A DNA stretch of 64,000 nucleotides from assembly GCA_003427395.1 (NCBI GenBank), contig BFEA01000008.1:5201209-5265208 (forward strand), written 5' to 3'. The notes below the pieces were generated by a model. It was not told the DNA's origin and searched no databases. It worked only from the letters and a program-made list of their open reading frames with translations. Numbering within the stretch: the stretch's first letter is position 1; each line of letters begins with the position of its first letter. The position numbers and the translations under genes were made by a program. Of this stretch, positions 1 to 12,250 are shown piece after piece. Source of the DNA: Chara braunii (lineage: Eukaryota > Plantae > Charophyceae).

Positions 1-228
1 TGATGTGGATGTTCACAAGGATGCCCAAGGAGAGCTGCGCTAGCACAGCATTCAGCAGGACGGCTAGCACGAACCATCCCATCAAAACAGTCATGACAAA
101 GGACATGTTGTCCACATGTCAAAAACACAGCAGGACGTTCATCACAGTGCGGCATCATACAGTTTTGATAGCGTCCTTCGGCACAATAGGGACAACGTAT
201 ATCTGTATATAGTCACATATATATATAT

Positions 229-337
229 CGTCACAAACAGAACTGCCCGGCAAACCGTAAGCAGAGAGAGAGAGAAGAGGACAACAAACGAAGGGCTGTG
301 ACAAACTGTTTCGTCGGAGTTTCACCGACTCATCAGG
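229..337 (-). mobile_element. Short non-autonomous element carrying a hammerhead-ribozyme core, copy 1, between (AT)n tracts
   Basis: The minus strand reads CTGATGA-GTCGG-tgaaact-CCGAC-GAAAC-agtttGTC, followed by a pyrimidine-rich tail shared with 552-658 and 849-952. Confidence 0.7.
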
Positions 338-339
338 AG

Positions 340-381
<42 letters not shown>

Positions 382-551
382 CAGAAAAACACAGATCAAA
401 CGGTTCAAGTCATGGAGACAACAAATACAGACATATCAATAATAAAATAAAAGGTAACGTCGATGTTTGCCTTGGAGGTGTCAGTGGGTGTTGTTTTATC
501 TGTGAGATGTAGCTGTTGCTTTCCTTCTTTCCAACGTGTATATATATATAT

Positions 552-653
552 CGTGACAAAAATAACTGCCCCATAAACCGTAGGCAGAGAGAGAGAGAAG
601 AGGACAACAAACGAGGGGCTGTGACAAACTGTTTCGTCGGAGTTTCACCAACT

Positions 654-658
<5 letters not shown>
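552..658 (-). mobile_element. Hammerhead-core short element, copy 2 (core degenerate, ATGATGA)
   Basis: Near-identical to 229-337 over about 105 bp and flanked by (AT)n. Confidence 0.7.
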
Positions 659-707
<49 letters not shown>

Positions 708-712
<5 letters not shown>

Positions 713-952
713 GGTGTGAACCGACAGTCTGTAGAGTTTTCCAATTGGTGTGGGTGAGTGATAGTCTACTTTGATTTTGGTTAAGGTAGATTATCATTTA
801 CAGTGTAATCAGTGAGGGGATTCTGCAGACTGTTGAGGGTTCAACCACCTGATGAATCGGTGAAACTCCAACGAAACAGTTTGTCACAGCCCCTCGTTTA
901 TTGTCCTCTTCTCTCTCTCTGCCTACGGTTTACCGGGCAGTTCTATTTGACG
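708..952 (+). mobile_element. Hammerhead-core short element, copy 3, inverted relative to copies 1 and 2, with an upstream rod-like hairpin
   Basis: CTGATGA at 849-855, stem II and GAAAC, then the same tail. 711-849 folds into a long hairpin. Bounded by (AT)n on both sides. Confidence 0.7.
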
Positions 953-977
953 ATAGATATATATATATATATATAGT

Positions 978-1054
<77 letters not shown>

Positions 1055-2322
1055 GTTACCTCTGACGTACGAGGCCTGACACGTGGAGGACAGGCAGAGC
1101 GCTGGGTACCCCCATCTCCGGGTGTCACAAGGTGCCACTTGCACGCAGCGTAAAGGCAAACAGGTAATGAAAGAAGCATGTAACGAAACCTCACGATGGG
1201 AAAGAAAGCCTATCACTAAAACAAAGGGAATGACACATCGCACAGACAATCCGATTGATAGAAACCATACTACCAATCCCACCGTTCAACATATTATTTG
1301 TACAGGAGGCAGTTGCTTCGTATTTTTTGTTCTTTTCTTCCTGTTTTATTTATTTTTTTATTGTTTTTTCCCATCTTCTTGTTCATTCGCGTATAGTCAC
1401 GCCGTGTGTCCGAACCGAAACGCGAACACGAAGCAAGACAAGGAAAACTGCAGGCACATGGATGAGAAGAGTCTTTCGCAAGGAGTGAAGTGCAACTACT
1501 AAAACGAAACCCTAAATAAAATAAGAAAGATTCACCAAAAAAAAAAAAAAAAAATAAGAAATAAAAAGAAATGAAAACCAAACCAAGAAATACACAAACA
1601 CACAAAAACAATCCGCCGACATATCCATTATGATCACGAAGTCACACCACCATTCATTGGAGCAGAAAGAGAATACACGTGGCACCAATGGCTGCGGTCA
1701 GTCGATGACGTCATGCCCACTACAGTATGGACACCTTATTCGCCAACCCTACACGCTATGAAGGCATAGCGTACCGATGAAAGAACCGAAAAAAGAAAGA
1801 TAGAACATCAAAAAAAAAAAATTTACAATATAACCCCAAAGGGACAAAAGTGAAGGCGACTAAAAAAATCCATCTACGCCGCCGGCACCGACTCCTCCAT
1901 CATCGCCACTATACTCGCCAACCTCCCCTGCGTCATCGCCACCGCCTCCCCCTTCCTCATCGCTCGTCGGCGGCAACATAAGGTATCCGTTTGGGGGGGG
2001 AATGTTTGCCTGTAGGTTTGGATTTCTATACGTCTCGGCTATGGCCGCCCACCCCCACGGACCGCGCGAAGCATCGCCCCCCCAACCCCCATTTCGCTGG
2101 GACAGTTCTCGCGGAAGGTGGCCCCATCCGCCTTCTCCTTGCAATTTTGTGTTCGCCGTCGATTGTCCCTCCTGGGCACCTGCCCCCCATCGCCAATCGC
2201 CGGTGACGAAAACGATGACGAAGGTTCTTGGGGGTGAGGCGAAGCGGTGGCCTGCAGTGTGCCAGATGACCCCCCTTCACCAGCTGCCACGGTCGGAGAC
2301 GGCATGCTGCTTTCGTCCGACA

Positions 2323-2386
<64 letters not shown>

Positions 2387-2480
2387 TCTCTCGCTCTCTC
2401 TCTCTTAAGAACGGGAGGAAGAAGGTGTCTGAAGAAGGGGAGGAAGAAGGTGTCTGAAGAAGAAGAAGAAGAAGAAGAAG

Positions 2481-2512
<32 letters not shown>

Positions 2513-3463
2513 CAAGAAGAAAGGCGACGAGGAAGGAGAAGCGTCGATGAAGCACTGCCGGCTGCTGCTACCGAAGAAAAAAATCATTGGCGAAGAAGAA
2601 GAAGAAGAAAAAGAAGAAGAAGAAGAGTCGGCGTCGTAGAAAAAAGCCCTGGGTGACGAAGCGGTGCTGGCCATGCAGACAAAGAAGAATAAAACGAAGA
2701 AGAAAAAGAAGAAGTAAACGAAGAAGAAGAAGAAGAAGAAGAAGAAGAAGAAGAAGAAGAAGAAGAAGAAGAAGAAGAAGAACAGGCGACGACGAAGCAC
2801 AAGTGCGGACGAAGCGGTGGCGTCGGCTCCAAACGAACAAAATAAGCGAAGAAGAAGAAGAAGAAGAAGAAGAAGAAGAAGAAGAAGAAGAAGAAGAAGA
2901 AGAAAAAGAAGATGATGAAACTCCGACGAAGCAGAAGTCCCGGCTCCAGAGTGGCGGCTGCAAACGAACACAAAAANNNNNNNNNNNNNNNNNNNNNNNN
3001 NNNNNNNNNNNNNNNNNNNNNNNNNNNNNNNNNNNNNNNNNNNNNNNNNNNNNNNNNNNNNNNNNNNNNNNNNNNNNNNNNNNNNNNNNNNNNNNNNNNN
3101 NNNNNNNNNNNNNNNNNNNNNNNNNNNNNNNNNNNNNNNNNNNNNNNNNNNNNNNNNNNNNNNNNNNNNNNNNNNNNNNNNNNNNNNNNNNNNNNNNNNN
3201 NNNNNNNNNNNNNNNNNNNNNNNNNNNNNNNNNNNNNNNNNNNNNNNNNNNNNNNNNNNNNNNNNNNNNNNNNNNNNNNNNNNNNNNNNNNNNNNNNNNN
3301 NNNNNNNNNNNNNNNNNNNNNNNNNNNNNNNNNNNNNNNNNNNNNNNNNNNNNNNNNNNNNNNNNNNNNNNNNNNNNNNNNNNNNNNNNNNNNNNNNNNN
3401 NNNNNNNNNNNNNNNNNNNNNNNNNNNNNNNNNNNNNNNNNNNNNNNNNNNNNNNNNNNNNNN

Positions 3464-3532
<69 letters not shown>

Positions 3533-3819
3533 AAGAGCAAAGAAGGGCTGCTGGCGGTGGTCGTGGGTCGACGGGTGTGGAGGGGTTGGGTTTGGGGTAT
3601 GGGGTTTCAATCGGGGTGCGTTCGGGTAGGACGGGGGGTTGGGGGGGAGGGGGGGGTGTTGAAGACAAAGTGAGAAAAAGTGAGGCCATCGGACTCACCG
3701 GCTGTCGTTGTCGCCGATGCCTGAGACGAGTTCTCGATAGACGACAAGACAATCGTCGAACTCCGATCTCGGAAGACATCGACGATGGCAACAGCCATCG
3801 TTTTATGTCCTTTCATCTG

Positions 3820-3868
<49 letters not shown>
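2323..3868. repeat. (CT)n, (GAA)n and (GA)n low-complexity block spanning an assembly gap
   Basis: Simple repeats and an N run at about 2977-3463. The long ORFs here are repeat or gap artefacts. Confidence 0.95.
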
Positions 3869-3871
<3 letters not shown>

Positions 3872-5187
3872 ACGTCGAAACCGCACGCTTCAAAGGCTCG
3901 CGACATTCGAATGACGTCATCCGAGCGAACCACGTCACCCATCCGACGCCTGCGTCGCCAGAGGACACGTGGGAAACGGCAACGTGCACGAAGACGTGCC
4001 ACCCAACGCCGTCTTCTCGCCACGTGATGGCTGCACGAACGTGCTGTGAAGCTCGTTGCCCGAAATGCCCATGTCGTTTCGGCCACAGAATAAAAAAAGG
4101 AAGAAAAAAAAAACAAAAAAAAATCCAACTAACAAAAGTGAAAACAACTGGAGAACAATAAAAATAAAATTCCTCGTTTTTTTTTCCACTTCTTTATTAT
4201 TTTTTCGTTATTTTTGCTGGCGGCCGGGTCACTTCCATGTCCGGATGCAACAAAGCGGACAGACCGGCAGGCCGATGGGTTTCCCTCAGCACGTGGCCTA
4301 CCGGGTCCCACATCTGAAAAAAAAACTGTGGGTGAGACTAGGTCATCCACGTCAAACCGGTCGCGCGGCAAAAAATGGGTGATCGAGGCCCACCAGTCCT
4401 TTGACAGTTTTTAACCGGCGGGGGGACCGGTGGTTTAAACCACGAGTACTTGGGCACTGTGCGCCACGCCGGCCGCACCTTTTTTGAAGCGGCACGGGCT
4501 GTCGATACGATTTATCGATGGCCCGCCGGTAGCGAAATTCTCGTAGCGTTAACGCTAAGGCGTCGCCCAAGTACTGGTGGTTTAACACCGGGCATGCTCG
4601 TGCAAAGAAAGCTTCCCACCAGAATCTTTTCAATCGGTTGGGGGTGTGACCAACCCCAAAAGAGGGTGGGGTCGGCCATAGGCCCACTGGTTTCTACTTT
4701 TTGTTGCGGAGTTTGGTCGACGAAGTGCTCGTTTCGGAGTTGGATTGTGAGGACTCAAACTTGTGACGGCAGTAGGGGACAACGTGCAGCCTGTTTTCTA
4801 GGGTTTAGTTGATGTAGTGTTCGTTGGATTGTGACTACAACTTGTGATGGCAGTAGGGGACAACGTGCAGCCTATGTGAATATTAGTTTTTTTATTATTT
4901 GTTGTCTTTTTTTTTTTTGTTTTTTTTTTCATTTTTTCGTCTTTCGAGTTCTCGGCCCTAAGATTGAGGCAGGTATTTGAGCGTATGAAGAGGCTGGTTT
5001 CCTTTTGAGAGATGAGGGAGTTTTGAACCTGTGACGTAACCTTCTGTGAACTTCTAGAACTGACTAGCTGATATTCAGGCCCTTCCGGCTAGCACTTAGT
5101 AAGCTTCTAGAACGACCTAGTCGATAGCTAGACCCTTTAGGCTAGTATATAACAGAAGTTACAATAACTCTCCCTACCGACTACTAA

Positions 5188-5236
5188 GACCCCTGATGAG
5201 GCTGGGCATTGGCGACCAGCCGAAACCGGTCGGGTC
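5188..5236 (+). ncRNA. Minimal type I hammerhead ribozyme
   Basis: GACCC-CTGATGA-GGCTGG-gcattggcga-CCAGCC-GAAA-CCGG-TC-GGGTC. Stems I and II are intact, helix III is palindromic (ACCGGT), and the cleavage triplet is GUC. Confidence 0.92.
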
Positions 5237-5301
5237 GTACGCCTTACTGTACTTAACAGNACTTAACAGAAGTCACAGTAACTCTCCCTACCGACTACTA
5301 A

Positions 5302-5350
5302 GACCCCTGATGAGGCTGGGCATTGGCGACCAGCCGAAACCGGTCGGGTC
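5302..5350 (+). ncRNA. Minimal type I hammerhead ribozyme, tandem copy
   Basis: Identical motif 114 nt downstream of the first. Confidence 0.9.
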
Positions 5351-6009
5351 GTACGTCATACTGTACTTCATCTTTTATCTTACGAAAACGTGTCGCGTTC
5401 GGGTTTTTGACTTGACTTCTGGCTCTCTTCCTCTTCCTCCTTCTTGCGTTCTCACTTTTTTTTTCTTTTTTGTTCGTCTGTTCTAACTCTGCGTCGTGGT
5501 GCGCCTTGATCGCAGCGATGGTAACTACAAGACTCTCCACTCGAGGCTTCAACCCGCCACCGTAACTGTATCCATAGTTCGCGAAATTGTCGCTCGTAGC
5601 TGGTACGGTCACTAATGCATTACTCTGTGCAGGAACGATCGTCGTGCTGCTGCTTGGATTAAGACGCCTATCAGGTAATGGACAAAAATGTGAGAAGTGA
5701 CCTGGCTGCCCGCAATTGTAGCACGTGCGGATAATTGAAGATGACGGTTAGTTGGACGCCATGCTGCACTCTCAGAACACGACTCGAAGCCACACATACG
5801 TAGTACAACTTCTACGACGGTTACCCCGGGAAAGGAAGTTGTCGATATATCGACGAACAATCCACGAGCTCAAAATGAGGACACACTGACTCGACCACTG
5901 AAACCGACGAAAATTCACTCGGAAGGAGGAGGAGGAAGATAAGAAGAAGAAGGAACAGGAGGATGAGCAAAGAAGGCAACGAGAGAAGAAAGATCGGGAA
6001 GAACTGCAC

Positions 6010-6975
6010 TTGAAGATCAATGAGAACATCAGCGGAAAGTTAGATGTAGTCAAAGAGATATTGGAGGCTAAGGTTATGAAGGACAACGAGAAGGACGAGG
6101 TGGTGAAGCTCAGAAAGGAGATTGAGGAATTAAAGAGAAATCAGTTGAAGAAACAAGACATCTGTTCCACGTCCGAGTCTGAATTCGAGAGACATAAACG
6201 GGATATGGAGGAGGAATGGGCAAGGCCCGAGCGACGGTTCGTTGCTATGGAGGAAGAGATCCCCCGGTTAAAGAGGGTGAATGAAGACGCTCTGAATTCT
6301 GTCGAGACTTGGAATGCCGAAGCCCTGCGTCCCGGCAACAAGCGAGGGTGTGTGGCCGTCACGCCTACTCCTATCCGCGTCACTCGGACTCGAGTGCGGG
6401 TTACACCAGTTCGGAAATCACCTTTCGAAGACGACCACGCCCAAGATCGAAGAAAGGATCAAAAACATTAGATCGAACTGTTAAAAGAATAGCGGTTGCG
6501 CGAGATGAACGACAGACGTGAAGCGGAACAGGAGTTCGGGATAGTTAAGGAGAAGCTAGCGAGGTTGGAGGTTGAACAAGAAAAGGGAAAACAAACACCA
6601 TTGGCATCGAACCTCAAGAATCGACTAGACAAGGTGGTTGGTGCTACTGCGAACAAGGGAAAAAAGCCAGTGACACCTGGTGACGTGGGTAAGGAAGCTA
6701 ATGATCGAAATGCCTTCATTACCGCGAGCAGGAAGGCGATGAAGTCAAAGTTGAAAAAGGACGTGTTGCTTATCTGTGAGAAAGAAGGCGTGGATTACAC
6801 GACATTGGAGAATACCAAAGAAGATATCATACAAAAACGTGTTGAGGCCGCATTCGGGAAGATGAAGGAGGCTGCGAAAGGAAGTGGAGGCGTGGTCATT
6901 CATGATGTCTCCATAGACGAAGGGGTTGGGCAAAGGAGCAGTGCAGAGGACGCCAGTGATTCGGCAAATTCGTAG
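6010..6975 (+). pseudogene. ORF1-like K/E-rich coiled-coil protein of the Penelope-like element, with in-frame stops
   Basis: ORFs 6010-6471 and 6496-6975 share a frame and a charged helical composition. There is a SAP-like segment LKKDVLLICEKEGVDYTTLENTKEDII. Confidence 0.6.
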
Positions 6976-7146
6976 GCCTACTCCCGAACGCGGCGTCTAT
7001 CTAGAGGATCCTTAGATCCTGTTGTAGAGTCTGTGCGTTATCGTGTGAGTGTTTACGATGTCGTCAATTAAATTCTTTAATGTGCATGCTGGTTCTCACG
7101 CTTATTGTTAGGTTAGATCCCATGGGGAATCAAGCTGTGCAGTTTT

Positions 7147-9770
7147 TTGTCTGAATTGGTCACGATGAATTTCGATTTCGACTCCTTGAAAGGAGCGGTT
7201 GTTTATGTGTTAATCTCACCATGGTGTCGACATCTTTATGTAGGCAGCACATCACGTGATCTTCACACAAGATGGAGAGAGTATGTTTATCGAGCCTGTA
7301 GTACGAAATTGATTGAGAAGGGTAGTCGTAATGAGAGACTGTACCGTTGGTTCCGAAGATGTGGACCGCACAATTATGTTGCGGTTCCTTTGGTTTGTTG
7401 TTCGAAGGAGAAACGTTTGATTTGTGAGCAATATTTTATTAGACTGTTTTCGTCGGCACTTAATAGACATAAACGAAGACGATCTAAGAAAAGCCGACCA
7501 GGTTTGAGGGAAAGGCTAAGGTGGGCAAAAGACAGGAGGTGCGTAGTACCAACGGGATTACCGGTGACAAGCTCACTTCTCACCTTCCATTCAAATATAG
7601 GTAATGCTTCATGTAGTTTACTGTCTATATTAGAATACTGTAGACCACACTCTCTTCATCATTGTGTTGTTGTATGTCACGGTGGGAATACGTTTGTTGA
7701 CAATTGGAAGCTGCTTAGACGTTTGTACGGAGGATCCATTGTTTGTTGTGCTTTGGGTCAGAGCTAACCGTCGACATGTAGAACGTTGTATTCATGGACA
7801 TTCGATTCTTTGGTTTTGTCATTTACGGCGATTGGAACTTTTCACGAAAGAAGGTCTAGAAGTCGCTTAAGGGTTATGTTGTCTCGGGTCATTTCGTTTA
7901 AATTTGGGGTGCACATTCAACAGTGATTGGTTGTGAAGATTGTGTATGATGAGAGAATCTGGAAAGCACGTGTGAGGAAGCTCTATTCGAAATTAGTCCA
8001 CTGTTTGGACATCCCACTTGTGTGGAAGGAAGTGATCGTGAGAAGAATGAGGGTTGTGTGGTGTAGAAACCGAACTGTTGGAGACATTTTGCATAACTTT
8101 CGACGGTTTGCTAAGATTGAGGATCCTGAGTGTTGTTGCCAGCATATGCCTGACGACCTCCAGAGGCAAAGGGGACACGTGGCTGTGCGGCTGTCATCTA
8201 TCCAGGGGATACCGGATTGGGCGAAGAACAACAAGAACATACTTAGACCGTCTCGTATTCACTCAGTGGCGTCATTAAAAAAGCAGATTTTGGAAGCGTT
8301 TGATTTTTTTTCCTCATTACCTCATCTGAACTCGAACCTCCCCATTCTTTCGGAGTTGAAGTCTTGTTTCAATAAGACTAGACTGGTTCACATAGGGAAT
8401 GAAGAATGCTGTGTAGATAATGTCAGTATCATTTCTACTTGATTGAAAGGGTTTGTGTGTTGCCCTCTGGACCATAATATGGGGGAAACCTTTGTCTGTT
8501 GCCCAGTGATGTATCACGAGGGGGAGGGGAAGATGTTTTTGAACAATTCGGCTTTTATAGACTGTCAGCGTGATGACCGTGCGGTGTTGGAGGTGATGCG
8601 ACAAACTTATGAGACACGGGGAGTGGGAAGCGTTGGGAAATGGCGTAGTGATGGTTGCCTTGGAAGAGCCTATTGTATCCCCAAACAGAAGGATACCGAT
8701 AGGTGGCGACCCATGTGCCCCTCCTTTGCTGAGTGTTGCGCTTATGGAGGTAAGCGGACTTCTCGGGCGGTTAACAGTATGTTGTGGAGTCTACCGGCAA
8801 AATCCAATTTGAACCTGCGATGTACCAAGGATTTGGTGAGGGAAGTAGTGGGGATGAACAGGAAGTTGAAGAAGGGCGAACAGTTGGTTGGGGTTTCTTT
8901 CGACATAAAAGAAATGTTTTCAAACCTTCCTCATAATTCAATTCTGAATGCATTGGAATGGGTTATTGATTTTTGGATGAGTCAGTAGTTCACTGCCGTC
9001 GTTGTAAAAAGCAGAGGTAGGGAGGCGAAGCTTGTAAACAGAACGAGAGAGGAGGGCTGGTTGTATTTTTTATTTCCTTTGATTTTATAAGTTGTACGAT
9101 TTGAATTGGAGAACACGTATTTGATTGCTGGATTGCTGCTGGACGGATGTTGCACCAAACGATGGGTATCCCCATGGGCAAATCCTCCAACCCTGCGTTG
9201 GCATGCTTACTGTGTGCGTACAATGAATTTCTGTTCATTTCATCTTTGGGAGCTGACCAAGCGCTGTTTGGAGGATTCAGGCTGGTCGATGATGTTTCGG
9301 TTTTTGCGGTTTATAAGGCACGAGATGTGAAATCCATCGAGCGAGCTACGAATATCCTGTCCGAATTTCAAAGGTGTTACGATGACAACTTGGTTCTCGA
9401 GAAGACCAATGTCGAAAGTTATTGGGATTATTTGGGCTGTGTATTGAAAATTCTTGAAGGGACGTCTGACTTGGCTTGCATGCCCTGCCATAAAAACCAG
9501 CGGGGTCCGGTCAATGGGAAGTTAACATATCAAAGTATTTAAGATTATTGTTCCTACTTCGGAAGACAGCAGAAAATTGCGGTCGTTGTCTCGTTCCTAC
9601 ATCGCGCTAAGAGGTTTGCGACAATTCCAGGAACTGAGCTCCCCTTCCTTTTTTCATTGAAGACTGAGTTGTGGCGACGTTCATATCCAGATGAAGTTTT
9701 TGATAATGCTATATTCAACTTTTCACGAAAATTCGAGGGATATGGGACCATTGGGTTTCAGTTCTGACAA
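7147..9770 (+). pseudogene. GIY-YIG endonuclease plus Penelope-type reverse transcriptase, disrupted
   Basis: VVYVLISPWCRHLYVGSTSRDLHTRWRE (GIY-YIG) precedes RT motifs FDIKEMFSNLPH, QTMGIPMGKSSNPALA, FRLVDDV and WDYLG. There are several in-frame stops and one frameshift near 9130. Confidence 0.9.
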
Positions 9771-9852
9771 AATGGGGGACTTGCACGAAGAGGACGCATT
9801 GATATGGTTTGCAGTAGGTCCTAGGTCTGCATCTTACGTATGGTGGTCCATA

Positions 9853-10510
9853 TTCTACTTTTTGTTGCGGAGTTTGGTCGATGAAGTGTTCGTTTTGGAT
9901 TTGGATTGCGAGGACTCGAACTTGCGACGGTAATAGGGGCAACGTGCAACCTATTTTTTGGGGTTTAGTTGATGTAGTGTTCATTGGATTGTGACCAGAA
10001 CTTGTGACAGCAGTAGCTATGTGAATATTAGTTTTTTTATTATTTGTTGTTTTTGTTTTTTTCATTTTTTTCATTTTTTCGTTTTTCGAGTTCTCGGCTC
10101 GAAGATTGAGGCACTGCCAGGTATTTGAGCGTATGAAGTGGCTGGTTTCCTTTTGAGAGATGAGGGAGTTTTAAACTTGTGACGTAACCTTATGTGAACT
10201 TCTAGAATCGACTAGTTGATATTCAAGCCCTTCCGGCTAATACTTAGTAAGCTTCTAGAACGACCTAGTCGATAGCTAGACCCTTTAGGCTAGTATATAA
10301 CAGAAGTCACAGTAACTCTTCCTACCGACTACTAAGACCCGTGATGAGGCTAGGCATTGGCGACCAGCCGAAACCGGTCGGGTCGTACGCCATATTGTAC
10401 TTCATCTTTTATCTTAGGAAAACGTGTCGCGTTCAGGTTTTTAACTTGACTTCTGACTCTCTTCTTCTTCATCCTTCTTGCGTTCTCTCTTTTTCTTTCT
10501 TTTTTGTTTG
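9853..10510 (+). repeat. 3' pseudo-LTR of the Penelope-like element
   Basis: Direct repeat of 4691-5480. Confidence 0.85.
10336..10384 (+). ncRNA. Hammerhead ribozyme, mutated copy (GTGATGA core, stem II mismatch)
   Basis: Same motif as 5188-5236 with a C-to-G change at core position 3. Confidence 0.8.
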
Positions 10511-11579
10511 TCTTGTCGGTTGTATCCGAGTGAATTCTCATCGGTTTCGGTGGTCGTGTCAGTGTGTCCTCATTTTGAACTCGTGGATTGTTCGTCGATA
10601 TACCGACAACAACAACCACTGGATATAAGATTTTCAGTATTTTACTTGTCGTTGTGCAATTATCTCATTGGGTGGAGCCCTCCTTCAATCACGGAGTATG
10701 TGGAGGGTGTCAGGATCACTCCTGACAGAAGTCGAGTTTATTCCAGAAAAAATGTGGCAGTTACTTGTTCACTGTTGTTGCAACCGCCACCATCAAATCA
10801 TCTGTGATCTGATGCCTGGGAACCACTCTGCCGTGATTTCCGGTGGCAGGTCTCTGTTTTTTGTTTTTTTTTGCCTTTCTCATGTTTTCTCAGCCCAGAA
10901 ATTCGTAATGAACCTGTCATCCCGTTGCCACCCAGTGTCACAGTGGATAGGCCACACCCCTATCCGACTGCTAATGGGACCATGCTCCAGGACGGAGGTT
11001 GACCCAGGTTGGTACCACAAAATTGCACTTTTAACCATCTACCGGAATGCACAAATTATGGACATACCCAGGCAAATTGTGGGCATGAACTCAACCCCTC
11101 CAGTGGGACATGCCCACGTGTGTGCACTTACCGGTAGCTACTACGTTCCCACACCACAAAAAGACCATGAAACGATGAGTTTTGTAAAATAAGTGCAGCT
11201 GTGGGTAGAGCACCGGGGCTAGGTCCCACTTGCACGAATTAAGAGATACTGACCCTAGATAGCAAAGATCAATGACCGAAATCTCCTAATTTGCGCAAGT
11301 GGGACCTTGCCCCCGGTTGGACATGCGCATTGTGGCTCGAGGTTCTGCGACCTCGTGCATGGACACCAACGGGTGTTGACCGATGCACCGGACGCACGAC
11401 TGTTCACTCCAATCCCTTGGGGGTATGTGTATAGTAAGGATTACAGACATTGCCTGCACCACCAAGGGATTTAGTCCAGGATTGTTGTATGTGGGGTCTT
11501 GGCTATGTGGAGGTTGCCTGAGGACGTTGGCCATAGATTGCTCTGATGATCTTAGCACATACAGTAGAGCACTGTTGTT

Positions 11580-11934
11580 ACATAATGATGAACACGGGTT
11601 GGAGTCTGGCTTGGGACTTTGGTGGGGGGTTCTAGCACAGATAAGGCCTATCATACACAGAACTGTACAACTCTCACACTACATAATGACTGTCTCTTAT
11701 ACACATCTAGATGTGTATAAGAGACAGACATAATGATGAACACGGGTTGGAGTCTGGCTTGGGACTTTGGTGGGGGGTTCTAGCACAGATAAGGCCTATC
11801 ATACACAGAACTGTACNACTCTCACACTACATAATGATGAACACGGGTTGGAGTCTGGCTTGGGACTTTGGTGGGGGGTTTTGGCACAGATAAGGCCTAT
11901 CATACACAGAACTGTACGACTCTCACACTACATA
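11580..11934. repeat. Three copies of an approximately 100-bp unit, probably partly an assembly artefact
   Basis: Near-identical units interrupted by an adapter and a single N. Confidence 0.7.
11690..11727. other. Nextera mate-pair junction adapter (Tn5 mosaic ends), a library artefact
   Basis: CTGTCTCTTATACACATCT followed by AGATGTGTATAAGAGACAG, flanked by the 9-bp duplication ACATAATGA. Confidence 0.98.
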
Positions 11935-12250
11935 GCACACACACACACAGCCTTTGACACATACACACGGCCAACAGGCATACACATAGCCTACGGACAC
12001 ATAAAAAGCTGGTACAAGTGTGATACTAATTAGGCAGGGTCTAGACCTGAAGCAGGATTGTGGGGGGTTAGCGTAGGGCAGCATGGCTATGTTCCTATCA
12101 AGGATGGATAAAACCGTCGAGTTAGTACAATCGTAATAACTAATTAGGCAGGATCTATGGACGATGCCTTAGCAGGACTTGGGGGTTGGATAGGGCCGCA
12201 CATAGTGGTGGCCCTAGACATAGATAGAACTCAGCTGTCAACTCTAACTA

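Larger units (their letters stand above)
343..1052. repeat. (AT)n microsatellite tracts (about 343-378, 658-707, 955-1052)
   Basis: Directly visible dinucleotide runs. Confidence 0.95.
4691..5480 (+). repeat. 5' pseudo-LTR of the Penelope-like element
   Basis: Direct repeat of about 9853-10510, with internal duplications including a 114-bp tandem of the hammerhead unit. Confidence 0.85.
4691..10615 (+). mobile_element. Penelope-like retroelement with N-terminal GIY-YIG endonuclease (Chlamys/Naiad-type domain order), decayed
   Basis: Direct pseudo-LTRs each carry hammerheads, the GIY-YIG precedes the RT motifs, and a candidate 7-bp TSD CCACTGG lies at 4684-4690 and 10616-10622. Confidence 0.85.

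Noticed and set aside
2405-4161. Long ORFs of 250-524 aa
   Set aside because: They are made of (GAA)n, (GA)n and N-gap translation, with no domain signal.
7924-8442. In-frame TGA codons in the Penelope ORF as possible selenocysteine, as reported for some Naiads
   Set aside because: The same frame also has TAA and TAG stops and a frameshift, consistent with ordinary decay.
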